Source: an uncultured Verrucomicrobia subdivision 3 bacterium
GTDB taxonomy: Bacteria > Verrucomicrobiota > Verrucomicrobiia > Limisphaerales > UBA11358
DNA length: 64,000 nt
Assembly (NCBI GenBank): GCA_903917705.1
Contig: CAIXBQ010000133.1
Span: 652 to 64,651, forward strand
Reading direction: 5' to 3'
Shown here: piece by piece, positions 19,793 to 30,218 of the stretch
Layout of the letters: the number at the start of each line of letters is the position of its first letter
How positions within the stretch are numbered: the stretch's first letter is position 1
Notes under the pieces: generated by a model
The model's input: only the letters and a program-made list of their open reading frames with translations
Database searches by the model: none
Told to the model about the DNA's origin: nothing
Program-made: the position numbers and the translations under genes

Positions 19793-21903
19793 GCTTTGCG
19801 CCCCCAAATCAGGAAAATGATCAGCGCCACCAGCGCGACGCCGATGACCCGGAGATAAGTTTGCACCCGGCCGGTGTGCAGTCTGGAAAGCCCGCCGCCG
19901 CCTTCGCGCAGCGCCTCGCAGCCGGTGTCAAACCCAAGATTGACAAAATATTCATCCGTCAGCCGGTAGAGCCACGCGAGGCCGAGGGTGATGTATTTGA
20001 CCAGCAAAACGGCGCCGCCAAATATCCTCCGGTCCGCAAAGTCGCACAGTCCCGCGGCGAAGGCGTTGCCGCGGATGACCGTCGCTTCGTAAAATTCATC
20101 AATGTAATATTTGTTGGCGAGGAGCTTGTAAATAAACGGCTGTGCGGCTTCCAGCACGTCTTTTTCCGCCGCCGTTTTGCGCTGGCGTTTGCCGTAGAGA
20201 AACCAGCCCAGTCCGAGGCCGGTGAAGACAATCGCCCCCGAAGCGAGCATCAAGCCCAGCGTGCCGGGTTCCGTGAGTTTGCTGGGATCAAATTTGAATT
20301 CCTCGCCGGTGAGATAGCCGTCAAACCACGGCCAGGCAGGCGTGCCGACGAAGCCCAGTAAAATGGCAAACCCCGCGAGGATGATCAGGGGGACGGTCAT
20401 GACAGCGGGGCTTTCGTGCGGATCGTGGCTTTGGGCAGATGATTCCGGGGAATGGGCGTGCGCGGAGTGGCCGTGATGGGATTCTTCCGGCTGGCCGCGA
20501 TATTTACCGGAGAAAACCAGCGCCATCTGCCGCGTCATGTAAAATGCGGTCATCAGCGCGCCGGCGCAGCCCAGGTAAAACGGCACCTGCGACACCGACC
20601 AGCCGTGCGCGGCATGGAGAATTTCGTCTTTGCTCCAGAAACCCGAGAACAATAACGGGAAACCGGCCAGCGCCAGCATGCCGGCGAAATAAACCCAGAA
20701 TGTGATCGGCATGAATTTGTTCAGTCCGCCCATCTTGCGCACATCCTGCTCCTCGTGGCAGCCGTGGATGACCGAGCCGGAACCGAGGAACAGCAGCGCC
20801 TTGAAGAAGGCGTGCGTGATGAGATGAAACATGCCCACCGCCACGCCGCCCACGCCGAGGCCCATCATCATGTAGCCGAGCTGCGAAACCGTGGAGTATG
20901 CCAGGATGCGCTTGATGTCATTTTGGGCGACGGCGATACTGGCGGCAAAAATCGCGGTGATGGCACCCACCCAGGTCACGACCGTCAGCGCTGTCGTCAC
21001 CGGCGCCCCCTGCGCGGTTAGGGTTGCCCCGGCGGACATCAGTGGATAAACGCGGGCGACCAGGAACACGCCCGCCGCCACCATCGTCGCCGCGTGGATC
21101 AAAGCGGAAACCGGCGTCGGGCCTTCCATCGCGTCCGGCAGCCAGACATGCAGTGGCACCTGTCCGGATTTGCCAACGGCACCGAGGAAAATCAGCAGGC
21201 CGATCGCCGTTACCACCGCAAAACCGGCTGCCGGCGGAGCCGCCAGCATCGCATTGATTTTGACGGCCTCCAGGCAGCCGGTGTGTTCCGGCGTGTAAAA
21301 ATTCAGCGTGCCGGTTTGCGCGTAGAGCCAGACCATGCCGAGGAGCAAGCCCAGGTCGCCGATGCGCGTGGTGATGAAGGCTTTTTTTGCCGCCGCCGCC
21401 GCGCTGGGCTTGTGATACCAGAAGCCGATGAGCAGATAGCTGGTCAGGCCGACGATTTCCCATGAAACGAAAAACAGGAACAGGTTGTTGGCGATGACCA
21501 CGCCTAACATGCCCGACGCAAACAGTGCGAGGAAACAGAAGAACCGCATGAAGTTCTCATCGTGCGCCATGTAGCCGACGCTGAAGATGAATATCAACAT
21601 GCCGACGAACGTCACCATCACCAGCATGATGGCCGTCAGCGGGTCGAGCACCCAGCCGATGTCCATCCATTGGCCGCCGAATTGGATCCAGTTGAAGCCG
21701 AAGACTTCGCGGAACATGCCGTGTTCCCCGTGACCGAGTGTGGCGGCGAACGCGCATAGCGAGAGCAGGAATCCGATGGCCATCGAGCCGATGGCGAGCG
21801 AGGCCGCGAGCTTGCGCTTGGGCTGCTTGTTGACGGCGATAATGCCTGCCGCGAACAATGGCAGCGCCGGGATCAGCCAGAGATTTTTGACAATCCAGAT
21901 CAT
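19789..21903 (-). CDS. nuoL: Complex I subunit L (704 aa)
   Basis: GKSGQVPLHVWLPDAMEGPTPVSALIHAATMV, THAFFKALLFL and GFWSKD. Confidence 0.95.
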   Translation of the reverse strand: MIWIVKNLWLIPALPLFAAGIIAVNKQPKRKLAASLAIGSMAIGFLLSLCAFAATLGHGEHGMFREVFGFNWIQFGGQWMDIGWVLDPLTAIMLVMVTFVGMLIFIFSVGYMAHDENFMRFFCFLALFASGMLGVVIANNLFLFFVSWEIVGLTSYLLIGFWYHKPSAAAAAKKAFITTRIGDLGLLLGMVWLYAQTGTLNFYTPEHTGCLEAVKINAMLAAPPAAGFAVVTAIGLLIFLGAVGKSGQVPLHVWLPDAMEGPTPVSALIHAATMVAAGVFLVARVYPLMSAGATLTAQGAPVTTALTVVTWVGAITAIFAASIAVAQNDIKRILAYSTVSQLGYMMMGLGVGGVAVGMFHLITHAFFKALLFLGSGSVIHGCHEEQDVRKMGGLNKFMPITFWVYFAGMLALAGFPLLFSGFWSKDEILHAAHGWSVSQVPFYLGCAGALMTAFYMTRQMALVFSGKYRGQPEESHHGHSAHAHSPESSAQSHDPHESPAVMTVPLIILAGFAILLGFVGTPAWPWFDGYLTGEEFKFDPSKLTEPGTLGLMLASGAIVFTGLGLGWFLYGKRQRKTAAEKDVLEAAQPFIYKLLANKYYIDEFYEATVIRGNAFAAGLCDFADRRIFGGAVLLVKYITLGLAWLYRLTDEYFVNLGFDTGCEALREGGGGLSRLHTGRVQTYLRVIGVALVALIIFLIWGRKA

Positions 21904-22211
21904 CCTTTCAAATCCTTCACTTCATCCAAATTGGAGGTTTTGTATTGGCGGTAAATCGCGATGATGAGCGCGAGGCCCACCGCCGCTTCCGCCGCCGCGA
22001 TGGCGATGGAAAAAATGACGACCATCACCCCGGTCAGCGCCTCGGGATGCGCGCCGTAGCGCCAGAAGGCGATGAAGTTGAGGTTGGCGGCGTTCAGCAT
22101 CAGTTCGATGCCGACCAGCGCCAGAATGGCGTGGCGGCGCGAGACCGCCCCGGCAAAACCGATGGCAAATAGCAGCGCGGAAACTAAAAGGCAGCCTTGC
22201 AGCGGACTCAT
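21900..22211 (-). CDS. nuoK: Complex I subunit K
   Basis: IELMLNAANLN and AAAEAAVGLA. Confidence 0.93.
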   Translation of the reverse strand: MSPLQGCLLVSALLFAIGFAGAVSRRHAILALVGIELMLNAANLNFIAFWRYGAHPEALTGVMVVIFSIAIAAAEAAVGLALIIAIYRQYKTSNLDEVKDLKG

Positions 22212-22723
22212 GGGCGATCTCCTTCCATCTTGGTTTTCATTTCGCGCAGGGCGATGATGACCGCGCCGATCATGGCCGCCGTGAGCAGCAGGCCGATGAC
22301 TTCTAGCGGCAAAACGTATTTTGACATCAGCCATTCGCCGATGTTTTTGACGGTGGCTTCCGGCGCGGGGGCGGCCGGCTTCGGCAGTGCGGAACTGTTC
22401 AGCACCGCCCAGCCCAGCGCGGTGAACACCAGCGCGGAAATGGCGATGCCGTAAATCCAGCCCGGCGCGAGGATCGCTTGATTCGGCGTGTCGCCGCTGC
22501 GGGTGAGCAGGATGGCGAAAACGATGAGGATGGCCACCGCGCCGACATAAACGAGGATTTGCGCGAAGCCGGCAAACTGCGCGTCGAGATTCAAGTACAG
22601 CGCCGCCAGGCCGGCAAAGGTCACGGTCAGCGCCAGCGCACAATGGACGAGATTGCGCAGGCTCATGGCCGCGGCGGCGGCCAGCAGCGTCACGCTGGCG
22701 ATCAGGATGAAGGGCAGTGACAT
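22208..22723 (-). CDS. nuoJ: Complex I subunit J
   Basis: QILVYVGAVAIL and Y.LP.E. Confidence 0.92.
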   Translation of the reverse strand: MSLPFILIASVTLLAAAAAMSLRNLVHCALALTVTFAGLAALYLNLDAQFAGFAQILVYVGAVAILIVFAILLTRSGDTPNQAILAPGWIYGIAISALVFTALGWAVLNSSALPKPAAPAPEATVKNIGEWLMSKYVLPLEVIGLLLTAAMIGAVIIALREMKTKMEGDRP

Positions 22724-22727
22724 TGGA

Positions 22728-23972
22728 TTATTCAGCGAACCGATAGGTGCGTTTGCCGAGTTTTTGGTTTTGCATCAGGCCGCGGCCGAGCCCGATGTAA
22801 GCGCCGGAAATAATCGCGCCGCAGACCAGCCAGCGCTGCCAGTCGTGCCCCATGAAATGCCAGACCCCGGCGACGAGGATGTTGATCAGCGCCAGCGGCA
22901 GCATGAATTTCCAGGCGAGGTTCATCAGCTGATCCATGCGCAGGCGCGGCAGCGTGCCCCGAATCCAGATGAAAACAAATACGATGGCCACCAGCTTGGC
23001 CAGAAACCAGACATACGACGGGATCCAGGTGAGAAACGACACCGGCGAAGTCCAGCCGCCGAGGAATAGGGTGATACCCAGCCCGATGATGGCGAACATG
23101 CCGAGATATTCGCCGAGGAAAAACAGGGCGAATTTGAAGCCGGAATACTCGGTGAAATAGCCGGCGATGATTTCGGATTCGGCTTCCGGCAGGTCAAACG
23201 GGCAGCGGTTGGATTCCGCCAGCGCGGCGATGAAGAACAAAAGGCATCCGGCCAGCCCCCAGGGCGTGAACACGTACCAGTGCGCGATGCCGCAGGTGTA
23301 ATCGCTTTGATGGGCAACGATGTCCGTCAGCTTCAGCGAGCCGACGATCATCACCACCGTCACCGCGGAAAGGATGAGCGGAATTTCGTAGCTGACCATC
23401 TGCGCGATCGCCCGCATCGCACCCAGCAGCGAGTATTTGTTGTGGCTCGACCAGCCGGCCATGAACACTGAAACCTCCACGGCGCCGCCCACGGCAAAAA
23501 AGAACAGCAGGCCCGCATCGTAATCGGCGATGGTCATGTTCCGGCCAAACGGCAAAACGGCGTAGGCCAGCAGCACGGGAATGAGCATCACGATCGGTGC
23601 GAGGAAATGCACCGCATGGTCGGCCGCGTAAGGCACGATGTCCTCCTTGGTCAGCGATTTGATGCCGTCCGGAATGAACTGGCCAAAGCCGCACAGGCGG
23701 ATTTTGGTGAAGGGAATCCCCACGCGGTTGGGGCCGTAGCGGTTCTGTATGCGACCCAGCCCCTTGCGTTCAATCACCGTGATGAGGGCGAACACCCCGG
23801 GGAAAACCCCCAGCACCAGCGCCACGGACAGCAATCCGGACACCAACGGCTGCCAGCCTTCGGGAACCCCGGCGAGCACCAGCTGCTTCAGCACCACAAA
23901 GAACTGGTCAAGCTTGTCAACCAGGCTTAAATGCTTAAACGCTTCAATAACTTGTTGGATCCTGTCGGACAT
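22728..23972 (-). CDS. nuoH: Complex I subunit H
   Basis: ERK..GRIQNRYGPNR, PFDLPEAESE..AG..TEYSG and PRLRMDQ. Confidence 0.95.
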   Translation of the reverse strand: MSDRIQQVIEAFKHLSLVDKLDQFFVVLKQLVLAGVPEGWQPLVSGLLSVALVLGVFPGVFALITVIERKGLGRIQNRYGPNRVGIPFTKIRLCGFGQFIPDGIKSLTKEDIVPYAADHAVHFLAPIVMLIPVLLAYAVLPFGRNMTIADYDAGLLFFFAVGGAVEVSVFMAGWSSHNKYSLLGAMRAIAQMVSYEIPLILSAVTVVMIVGSLKLTDIVAHQSDYTCGIAHWYVFTPWGLAGCLLFFIAALAESNRCPFDLPEAESEIIAGYFTEYSGFKFALFFLGEYLGMFAIIGLGITLFLGGWTSPVSFLTWIPSYVWFLAKLVAIVFVFIWIRGTLPRLRMDQLMNLAWKFMLPLALINILVAGVWHFMGHDWQRWLVCGAIISGAYIGLGRGLMQNQKLGKRTYRFAE

Positions 23973-23997
23973 TTTGTTCAGATTTTCAAATTAAATT

Positions 23998-24606
23998 TCA
24001 CCCCGCCGGCGTCGGCGGCGGTGCGGCCGGTGTTGCGGCGGCTTTCGCCTTCGCCTCGGCGGCCGCCTTGGCCTTGGCCTCCGCCTTGGCGGTTTCGGCG
24101 GCGAGGACGGCGTCGGAATCCTTCGCGTCCTGCGCATGAACCTTGTGGTAATGCGCGTTGGGCTTTGCCAGTTCCTGCTTGTGCAGCAGCAGCCCCTCGA
24201 AGCGGTCGTCCGTGCTCAATTCAAACTCCGTGTCCATCTTGATGGACTCAAACGGGCAGACTTCCACGCAAATCGAGCAGCTCATGCAGACGGAAATATC
24301 AATGTCAAACGTGAGCGGATAAAGCTGCGGCTGCCCTTTGTAATCGGGCTTCTTATCCTTGCTCTTGACGATGTAAATGCACTTGGGCGGACATTCCTTC
24401 TCGCAAATCTGGCAGGCGACGCAGCGCAAACCTTTTTCCCAGTTGTCGCCGTCATAGACCAGGAACGGAAATTGCCGGGTGTTTTCCTTCGGCACGAGAC
24501 GCTCCTCGGGATATTGCACGGTGGTGAGGCGTTCCTTCGAGACGTAGCTCCCGAAGAAATTTCTGGCGGTCACCGCCATGCCTTTGACTATTTGCTCACC
24601 AAGCAT
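23998..24606 (-). CDS. nuoI: Complex I subunit I
   Basis: TVQYPEE and two CxxCxxCxxxCP motifs. Confidence 0.93.
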   Translation of the reverse strand: MLGEQIVKGMAVTARNFFGSYVSKERLTTVQYPEERLVPKENTRQFPFLVYDGDNWEKGLRCVACQICEKECPPKCIYIVKSKDKKPDYKGQPQLYPLTFDIDISVCMSCSICVEVCPFESIKMDTEFELSTDDRFEGLLLHKQELAKPNAHYHKVHAQDAKDSDAVLAAETAKAEAKAKAAAEAKAKAAATPAAPPPTPAG

Positions 24607-24624
24607 ATAAGAATTAAATCATTT

Positions 24625-25797
24625 TTACCGGTCAACCTCGCCCAGCACGATATCCACGCTGCCGAGAATCACCACGGCATCCGAAATCTTGTGGCCGAGG
24701 CACATGTCCTCCAGCACCGTCAGGTTGATGAAGCTCGGCGGGCGCACGCGATAGCGGTACGGATTCGGCGACCCGTCGCTGATGAGATAAAAGCCGAGTT
24801 CGCCTTTCGGTCCTTCGATGCGGCCATAAACCTCGCCGGCCTTCGGGCGGAAGCCGCGCAGTTTCGATTTCGGATCCATGATCGGTCCGGCGGGAAGGTC
24901 GCGCAGCGCCTGGTCCAGAATCTTGATGCTCTCGCGCATTTCCAGCACCCGGACCATGTAGCGGTCGTAAATGTCGCCGTGCTCGCCCACCGGCACCTTG
25001 AAATCGAACCGGCTGTAGATGCCGTATTTGTCCACCTTGCGCAGGTCGTAGTTCACGCCGGCGGCGCGCAGCATCGGGCCGGTGATGGACGCGCTGATCG
25101 CCAGTTCCTTCGGCAGCACCCCGACCCCTTGGGTGCGGGCCAGCAATATTTCGTTCTCGGTGAGAAAGGTTCCGAATTCGTCGAGAAATTTGCTGTAGTC
25201 GCTGACAATTTTTTTGGTCTGCGCCACCCATTCGTCGCTGACGTCCACGCGGACGCCGCCGAAGCGCATGTAATTGCACATCATCCGCGCGCCGCTGACG
25301 GACTCGAAGAGGTCGAGGATCTTCTCCCGTTCGCGGAAGGCGTACATCATCGGCGTGCCCAGCGCGCCCATGTCTTGCACAAAAAAGCCGATGAGACAGG
25401 TGTGGTTCTGGAGGCGCGTCAGCTCCGCCATGATTACCCGGATGTATTCGGCACGCTCGGGCACCGCCAGCCCGGCGAGTTTCTCGACCGTGAGCGCGTA
25501 GGCCCAGTTGTTCGTCATCGAACACAGATAATCCAGCCGGTCCGTGTAGGGCATCGAGGACAGATACGAAATGTTCTCCCCGATCTTTTCGTGGTTGCGG
25601 TGCAGGTAGCCGAACACCGGCTTGAGCTTCACCACCGTCTCGCCGTCCAGCACCACGTCCATGCGGAACACGCCGTGCGTGGACGGATGGTGCGGCCCCA
25701 TCGAGATTTCCAGCAGCTCGCCGATGGGCGAACCGCTCTCGTCCGTCTTCGGCACGACCTCATAGCTCTTTGGCGGGGTGTCGGCGAACAGATTCAC
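24625..25797 (-). CDS. nuoD: Complex I subunit D
   Basis: [24 protein letters not shown] and GEVDR; no NiFe CxxC motifs. Confidence 0.95.
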   Translation of the reverse strand: MNLFADTPPKSYEVVPKTDESGSPIGELLEISMGPHHPSTHGVFRMDVVLDGETVVKLKPVFGYLHRNHEKIGENISYLSSMPYTDRLDYLCSMTNNWAYALTVEKLAGLAVPERAEYIRVIMAELTRLQNHTCLIGFFVQDMGALGTPMMYAFREREKILDLFESVSGARMMCNYMRFGGVRVDVSDEWVAQTKKIVSDYSKFLDEFGTFLTENEILLARTQGVGVLPKELAISASITGPMLRAAGVNYDLRKVDKYGIYSRFDFKVPVGEHGDIYDRYMVRVLEMRESIKILDQALRDLPAGPIMDPKSKLRGFRPKAGEVYGRIEGPKGELGFYLISDGSPNPYRYRVRPPSFINLTVLEDMCLGHKISDAVVILGSVDIVLGEVDR

Positions 25798-26453
25798 GCT
25801 TTCACCTCCGGTTTCGCTTCCGCCTTGGCTTCAGCCGGATAATGCTTCTTTGCTTCCGCCAGCACCTCGTCGTGCGGCGTCGGCTCGTATTCAAAATCGT
25901 CCGGCGCCACATAATCCCGGCGCATCGGAAACCCTTCAAACTCGTCCCACATCAAAATCCGGCGCAGGTCGGGATGCCCGGTGAAAACGACGCCGTACAG
26001 GTCAAAAACTTCGCGCTCCTGGAATTCCGCGCCGCGCCAGAGCGGCGTCAGCGAGGGCAGTTGCGTCCGGTCCGTGCGGTTTTCCGTGCGGCACCGCAGC
26101 ACCACCGGGCCGTGTTTCCGGGCCATCGAATAAAGATGATAAACCACTTCGAGAAAGCCGGGGCGCACGGTTTTCTTCACCTCTTCGACCTCTTTTTCCA
26201 CGCCCTCCACGACTTGCTTCACCTTGACCTTTTCGGTGAGTTCCTTGTCCGGCCAGTCCACGCCGGTCACGTTTGAACAATAATCCAGCCGCAGTTGCTC
26301 ATCGTCGCGCAAAAACTGAGCCGCGGCGAAGGCGCTCGGCGCATCCACCAGCAATGAGCGTTCGCCCGCCGGACATTCGTTCGCGATGATTTCAATCTTT
26401 GCGGACGGCAGGGCGGCTTCAAGCCGGGATTTGATTTGTTCGGGTGTTTCCAC
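25794..26453 (-). CDS. nuoC: Complex I subunit C
   Basis: [20 protein letters not shown] and PMRRD. Confidence 0.93.
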   Translation of the reverse strand: METPEQIKSRLEAALPSAKIEIIANECPAGERSLLVDAPSAFAAAQFLRDDEQLRLDYCSNVTGVDWPDKELTEKVKVKQVVEGVEKEVEEVKKTVRPGFLEVVYHLYSMARKHGPVVLRCRTENRTDRTQLPSLTPLWRGAEFQEREVFDLYGVVFTGHPDLRRILMWDEFEGFPMRRDYVAPDDFEYEPTPHDEVLAEAKKHYPAEAKAEAKPEVKA

Positions 26454-26456
26454 GAT

Positions 26457-27068
26457 TTAGCGCTGGATGGCCGGCGGCTGCCAGACTTCCGGGTTGTTTG
26501 GCGGTTCCAGATCGTGCTTGCCGTAGGCCGGCACCGGAAATTCACCCGCCACGTCGGCGTTGAGATGGCGCGGGCGGTCCGGACCGGTCAGCTTCTGGTT
26601 CAAAATCTTTTCCTGCAGCGTCATGATCGCATGGAGCAGCGCCTCCGGCCGCGGCGGACAGCCCGGAATCGCCACGTCCACCGGCAGATACCGGTCCACG
26701 CCTTTCAGCACATTGTAGCCCTGCTTGAATGGCCCGCCCGAAATCGCGCACGCACCCATCGCAATCACGTATTTCGGCTCCGGCATCTGGTTGTAAAGGC
26801 GCACGACCAGCGGTGCCATCTTCTTCGTCACCGTCCCGGCCACAATCATCAGATCCGCCTGCCGCGGTGAGGGCCGGAATACTTCCGCGCCGAACCGCGC
26901 GAGGTCAAAGCGCGCCATCGAGGCCGCCATCATCTCGATGGCGCAGCAGGCCAGGCCGAACGTCAGCGGCCACACGGAATTCGCCCGGCCCCAGTTATAC
27001 AGCTCCTGCAGGGACGTCACATAGACGCCCTGTTTCTGTAATTCGTTTTTGAGGCCTTCTTCAATCAT
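26457..27068 (-). CDS. nuoB: Complex I subunit B
   Basis: [18 protein letters not shown] and PGCPPRP. Confidence 0.95.
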   Translation of the reverse strand: MIEEGLKNELQKQGVYVTSLQELYNWGRANSVWPLTFGLACCAIEMMAASMARFDLARFGAEVFRPSPRQADLMIVAGTVTKKMAPLVVRLYNQMPEPKYVIAMGACAISGGPFKQGYNVLKGVDRYLPVDVAIPGCPPRPEALLHAIMTLQEKILNQKLTGPDRPRHLNADVAGEFPVPAYGKHDLEPPNNPEVWQPPAIQR

Positions 27069-27080
27069 GGGAAAACAACT

Positions 27081-27452
27081 TCATTTCCAGTTCAACACCC
27101 CTTTGCGCCACGCCCACACCAGCCCTTCGACCAGCAGCAGTAAAAATACGATCATCGCCACGAATGCGCCGGGCGGCAGGCCGGTGAACGCCACCGCGAA
27201 CGGCAGCAGAAAAATCGTCTCCACGTCGAATACCAGGAAAATGATGCCGTAGAGGTAATATTCGGAGCGGAAATGAATCCAGGCGTCGCCCTTCGATTCC
27301 AGGCCGCATTCGTAAATGGCGTTCTTGTCCTTGCCCGGCTTTTGCGGCGAAAAGAATTTTGCCCAGGCCCACGCCGCCGCGAGCGGCGCCACGGCGAAAC
27401 CCACCGCCGCCACCGCCAGCAGAACCAGAACCATGTATGAATTTTGCGTCAT
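27081..27452 (-). CDS. nuoA: Complex I subunit A
   Basis: YECG, FLVFDVE and WRKGVL.W. Confidence 0.93.
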   Translation of the reverse strand: MTQNSYMVLVLLAVAAVGFAVAPLAAAWAWAKFFSPQKPGKDKNAIYECGLESKGDAWIHFRSEYYLYGIIFLVFDVETIFLLPFAVAFTGLPPGAFVAMIVFLLLLVEGLVWAWRKGVLNWK

Positions 27453-27641
27453 CGCGTCGTCCGGATCCGTCCTTGAATCTCAACGACAGGCTTATGTTTA
27501 CCAGAATTCACCCGCCGGCGATTTACCAAAATTAACTTTTGCTGGACAAAATTTGTTTAGCCTCTTTTGTCCCCCGCTAAAATCTGGTGGCGGATGCCTT
27601 GGTAAAACTAATCTTCCGCCCTTCGACGCCAATGCAACGGA

Positions 27642-28775
27642 TCACCCTTTGCCGGGTTTGTAAATCGGTTTTGCCACCGTGACCGCGGCAAAACGCCGGC
27701 CGCGGATTTCGATTTCGATCTTCGTATCCACCTTGGCCAGCGCCGACGGAATGTAGCCCATGCCGATGCCGACGTTGAGCGAGGGGCTCTGCGTGCCGCT
27801 GGTGACCATGCCGGCGCTCGCGCCGTTCACCCAGATGGGATAGTGCGGGCGCGGCGGCGCGGATTTGTCCGTCATCTTGAACGCAACGAGCTTCTTCGTC
27901 ACGCCGCTCGCCTTTTGTTCCGCCAGCACGGAGCGCCCGGTGAACTCCCCCTTGTCGAGCGAAACAAAAAAACCGACGCCCGCCTCGATGGGGGTGGTCT
28001 GCTCATCCAGTTCATGGCCGTAAAGCGGATAACAAACTTCCGTGCGCAGGGTGTCGCGCGCGCCCAGGCCGCACGGCTTGATGCCAAACGGCGCGCCGGC
28101 CGCGAGAATCTTGTCCCACAGATGCTGGATGGCCGCATCGGGGCCGATGATTTCAAAACCGTCTTCGCCGGTGTAGCCGGTGCAGCCGACGAGGACGTTG
28201 TGGTTCTCGAAATTAAAGCCGGCGATCTGGTTTTTCTTCAGGTCCGTGACGGCGTTGACCGCCATGACCGCCGAGGACGCGCCGGGGAGGCACTGGTTGA
28301 TGAACGCCCGGACTTTCGGCCCTTGGACCGCCACCGCCGCGTAATGATGCGAGGCGTCGGTGAGGTTCACTTCGCCGCCGGCAAAGCTCGCGGCGCGGGC
28401 CTTGAGCCAGGCCACGTCGTCGTCTATGCGCGAGGCGTTGATGATGAGAAAATAGACATCCGCCGAAATCCGGTAGGCGTAGAGGTCGTCGATCACCCCG
28501 CCGCGCTCGTTGCACATCAGGGTGTATTGCCCCTGCCCGGACGTGAGCTTGCGGATGTCGTTGACCAGCACGGAATTCAGGAACGCAACCGCCCCGGCGC
28601 CGCTGACGGTGACTTCGCCCATGTGGGAGATGTCAAAGATGCCGGCGGCGTGGCGGACCGCCAGGTGTTCCTCGGTGATGCTGGTGTATTGGACGGGCAT
28701 TTCCCAGCCGCCGAAGTCTACGAGTTTGGCGCCGAGCTTTTGGTGCGCGGCAAAGAGCGTGGTGCGTTTCAACAT
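27642..28775 (-). CDS. gcvT: Glycine cleavage aminomethyltransferase
   Basis: FGGWEMP, FDISHMGE, TGYTGEDGFE and GLGARDTLR.E. Confidence 0.95.
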   Translation of the reverse strand: MLKRTTLFAAHQKLGAKLVDFGGWEMPVQYTSITEEHLAVRHAAGIFDISHMGEVTVSGAGAVAFLNSVLVNDIRKLTSGQGQYTLMCNERGGVIDDLYAYRISADVYFLIINASRIDDDVAWLKARAASFAGGEVNLTDASHHYAAVAVQGPKVRAFINQCLPGASSAVMAVNAVTDLKKNQIAGFNFENHNVLVGCTGYTGEDGFEIIGPDAAIQHLWDKILAAGAPFGIKPCGLGARDTLRTEVCYPLYGHELDEQTTPIEAGVGFFVSLDKGEFTGRSVLAEQKASGVTKKLVAFKMTDKSAPPRPHYPIWVNGASAGMVTSGTQSPSLNVGIGMGYIPSALAKVDTKIEIEIRGRRFAAVTVAKPIYKPGKG

Positions 28776-28852
28776 AAATTTAGGCGCACAGGAAACACAT
28801 TTTCCCGCGCGGACAAAAGACAAAATTTGATTCGCCGGGCGAATCCTCTTGA

Positions 28853-29638
28853 TTATCGGGGCAAATCCTCCAGCCGCGCCAGGACTTCCTGCGCCAGCAC
28901 CTCGTAAGCCGCCGAGCCGGTGCTGTATTTGTCATAGTGGATGATGGGCTTGCCGAAGCTCGGCGCTTCGGCCAGCCGCGTGGTGCGCGGAATCATGGTT
29001 TCAAAAACCTTATCTCCGAACAGATGGCGGACTTCGGTCACCACTTCGTTGGAAAGTTTCGTGCGCCCGTCGAACATGGTCATCAGCACGCCGAAGATTT
29101 CCAGGCGCGGGTTGACGCCGGCGGCGCGGAGCTGGCCGAGCACTCGGTTCATCATCGAAATGCCTTCGAGCGCGTAATACTCGCATTGCAGCGGCACGAG
29201 CACGCCGTCGCAGGCGGTGAAGGCGTTGAGCGAGAGGATGCCCAGCGACGGCGGGCAGTCGATCAGGATGAGGTCAAAGCGCCCGCTTTCGACCACCGGG
29301 GTCAGCGCCTTCGCCACGCGCTGCAAATGATTCTCCAGCCGGGACAATTCGATGTCCGCCGCGCACAGGTCCACCTCGCTCGGCACCACTTCAAGCCGCT
29401 CGAACCGGGTTGGCTTAATCTTGTCGAGCAGCGCGCCTTCGCCGAGTAACACCTGGTACGCGCTGGCACCCTCGATCTTTTCGATGCCGACCCCGCTGGT
29501 GGCGTTGGCCTGCGGATCGAGGTCAAAGAGGAGGATTTTTTTGCCGGTGACGGCCAGGCAGGCGGCGAGGTTGACGGCGGTGGTGGTCTTCCCCACCCCG
29601 CCTTTCTGGTTGGCGACGGCAATGACTTTGGTTGGCAC
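28853..29638 (-). CDS. parA: ParA/Soj family ATPase
   Basis: NQKGGVGKTTT, DLDPQ.NAT, DCPPSLG, QCEYYALEG and EAPSFG; GTG start inferred. Confidence 0.9.
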   Translation of the reverse strand: MPTKVIAVANQKGGVGKTTTAVNLAACLAVTGKKILLFDLDPQANATSGVGIEKIEGASAYQVLLGEGALLDKIKPTRFERLEVVPSEVDLCAADIELSRLENHLQRVAKALTPVVESGRFDLILIDCPPSLGILSLNAFTACDGVLVPLQCEYYALEGISMMNRVLGQLRAAGVNPRLEIFGVLMTMFDGRTKLSNEVVTEVRHLFGDKVFETMIPRTTRLAEAPSFGKPIIHYDKYSTGSAAYEVLAQEVLARLEDLPR

Positions 29639-29705
29639 TGCCGGAATTAAATGAAAAGCGCGGCGGCGTTTCAAGCGCGCACCGCGCAAAGCTGGAAAAA
29701 TTTAA

Positions 29706-30218
29706 TCAGTTGCCGGTCCCGGCGGGCGCGAAGCTGGCGGCCTGGAACAGCGTCGAGTTCGGCTGGCCGAACAGCGTGGAAACCGGCTGGAGACTGGTGA
29801 CCGGGTTGGTGCTGGCAATGATGCCCGAGGAATCACCCGCCGCCGCCAGTGGCGGGGCCGTGACTGAGGCCAGCGAATCGCCGCCGGGTGCGGCTTCGAC
29901 CGTGGCTAGAATGTTTTTGGTGGCGGAGTCGGAGCGCTCCGTGAAAACAACCCCCAGCACGAGCAGCAAACAAAGGCTGGTGGCAAACCCGCCGATGAGG
30001 CCGGGCTTGGTCTCAAAAATGTTCAGGAAACTGACCAGCCACGGGGCCGTGCCATGCAGGCGCTCGGTGAGGCTCTGCGCCCCGCCCGCCTCGCCCGCGC
30101 GGATGCGGGAGATGACCGAATCGGAGAAATGATTGAAGTAGCCCGGCGGCGGAACTTCGTGCCGTTTGAGCTTCAACACCTGCTTCAGGCTTACAAAATT
30201 GTTTTCGCTTTGATTCAT
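29706..30218 (-). CDS. Putative anti-sigma factor (single TM)
   Basis: Overlaps the ECF sigma stop (ATGA); PPPGYF.. motif and one TM helix. Confidence 0.6.
   Translation of the reverse strand: MNQSENNFVSLKQVLKLKRHEVPPPGYFNHFSDSVISRIRAGEAGGAQSLTERLHGTAPWLVSFLNIFETKPGLIGGFATSLCLLLVLGVVFTERSDSATKNILATVEAAPGGDSLASVTAPPLAAAGDSSGIIASTNPVTSLQPVSTLFGQPNSTLFQAASFAPAGTGN

Noticed and set aside
24625-27068. Group 4 NiFe hydrogenase instead of complex I
   Set aside because: The large subunit lacks Ni-binding CxxC motifs and has the quinone-site H/Y motifs of NuoD.
28776-28852. Glycine riboswitch upstream of gcvT
   Set aside because: The gap is only about 77 bp and shows no recognisable aptamer motifs.
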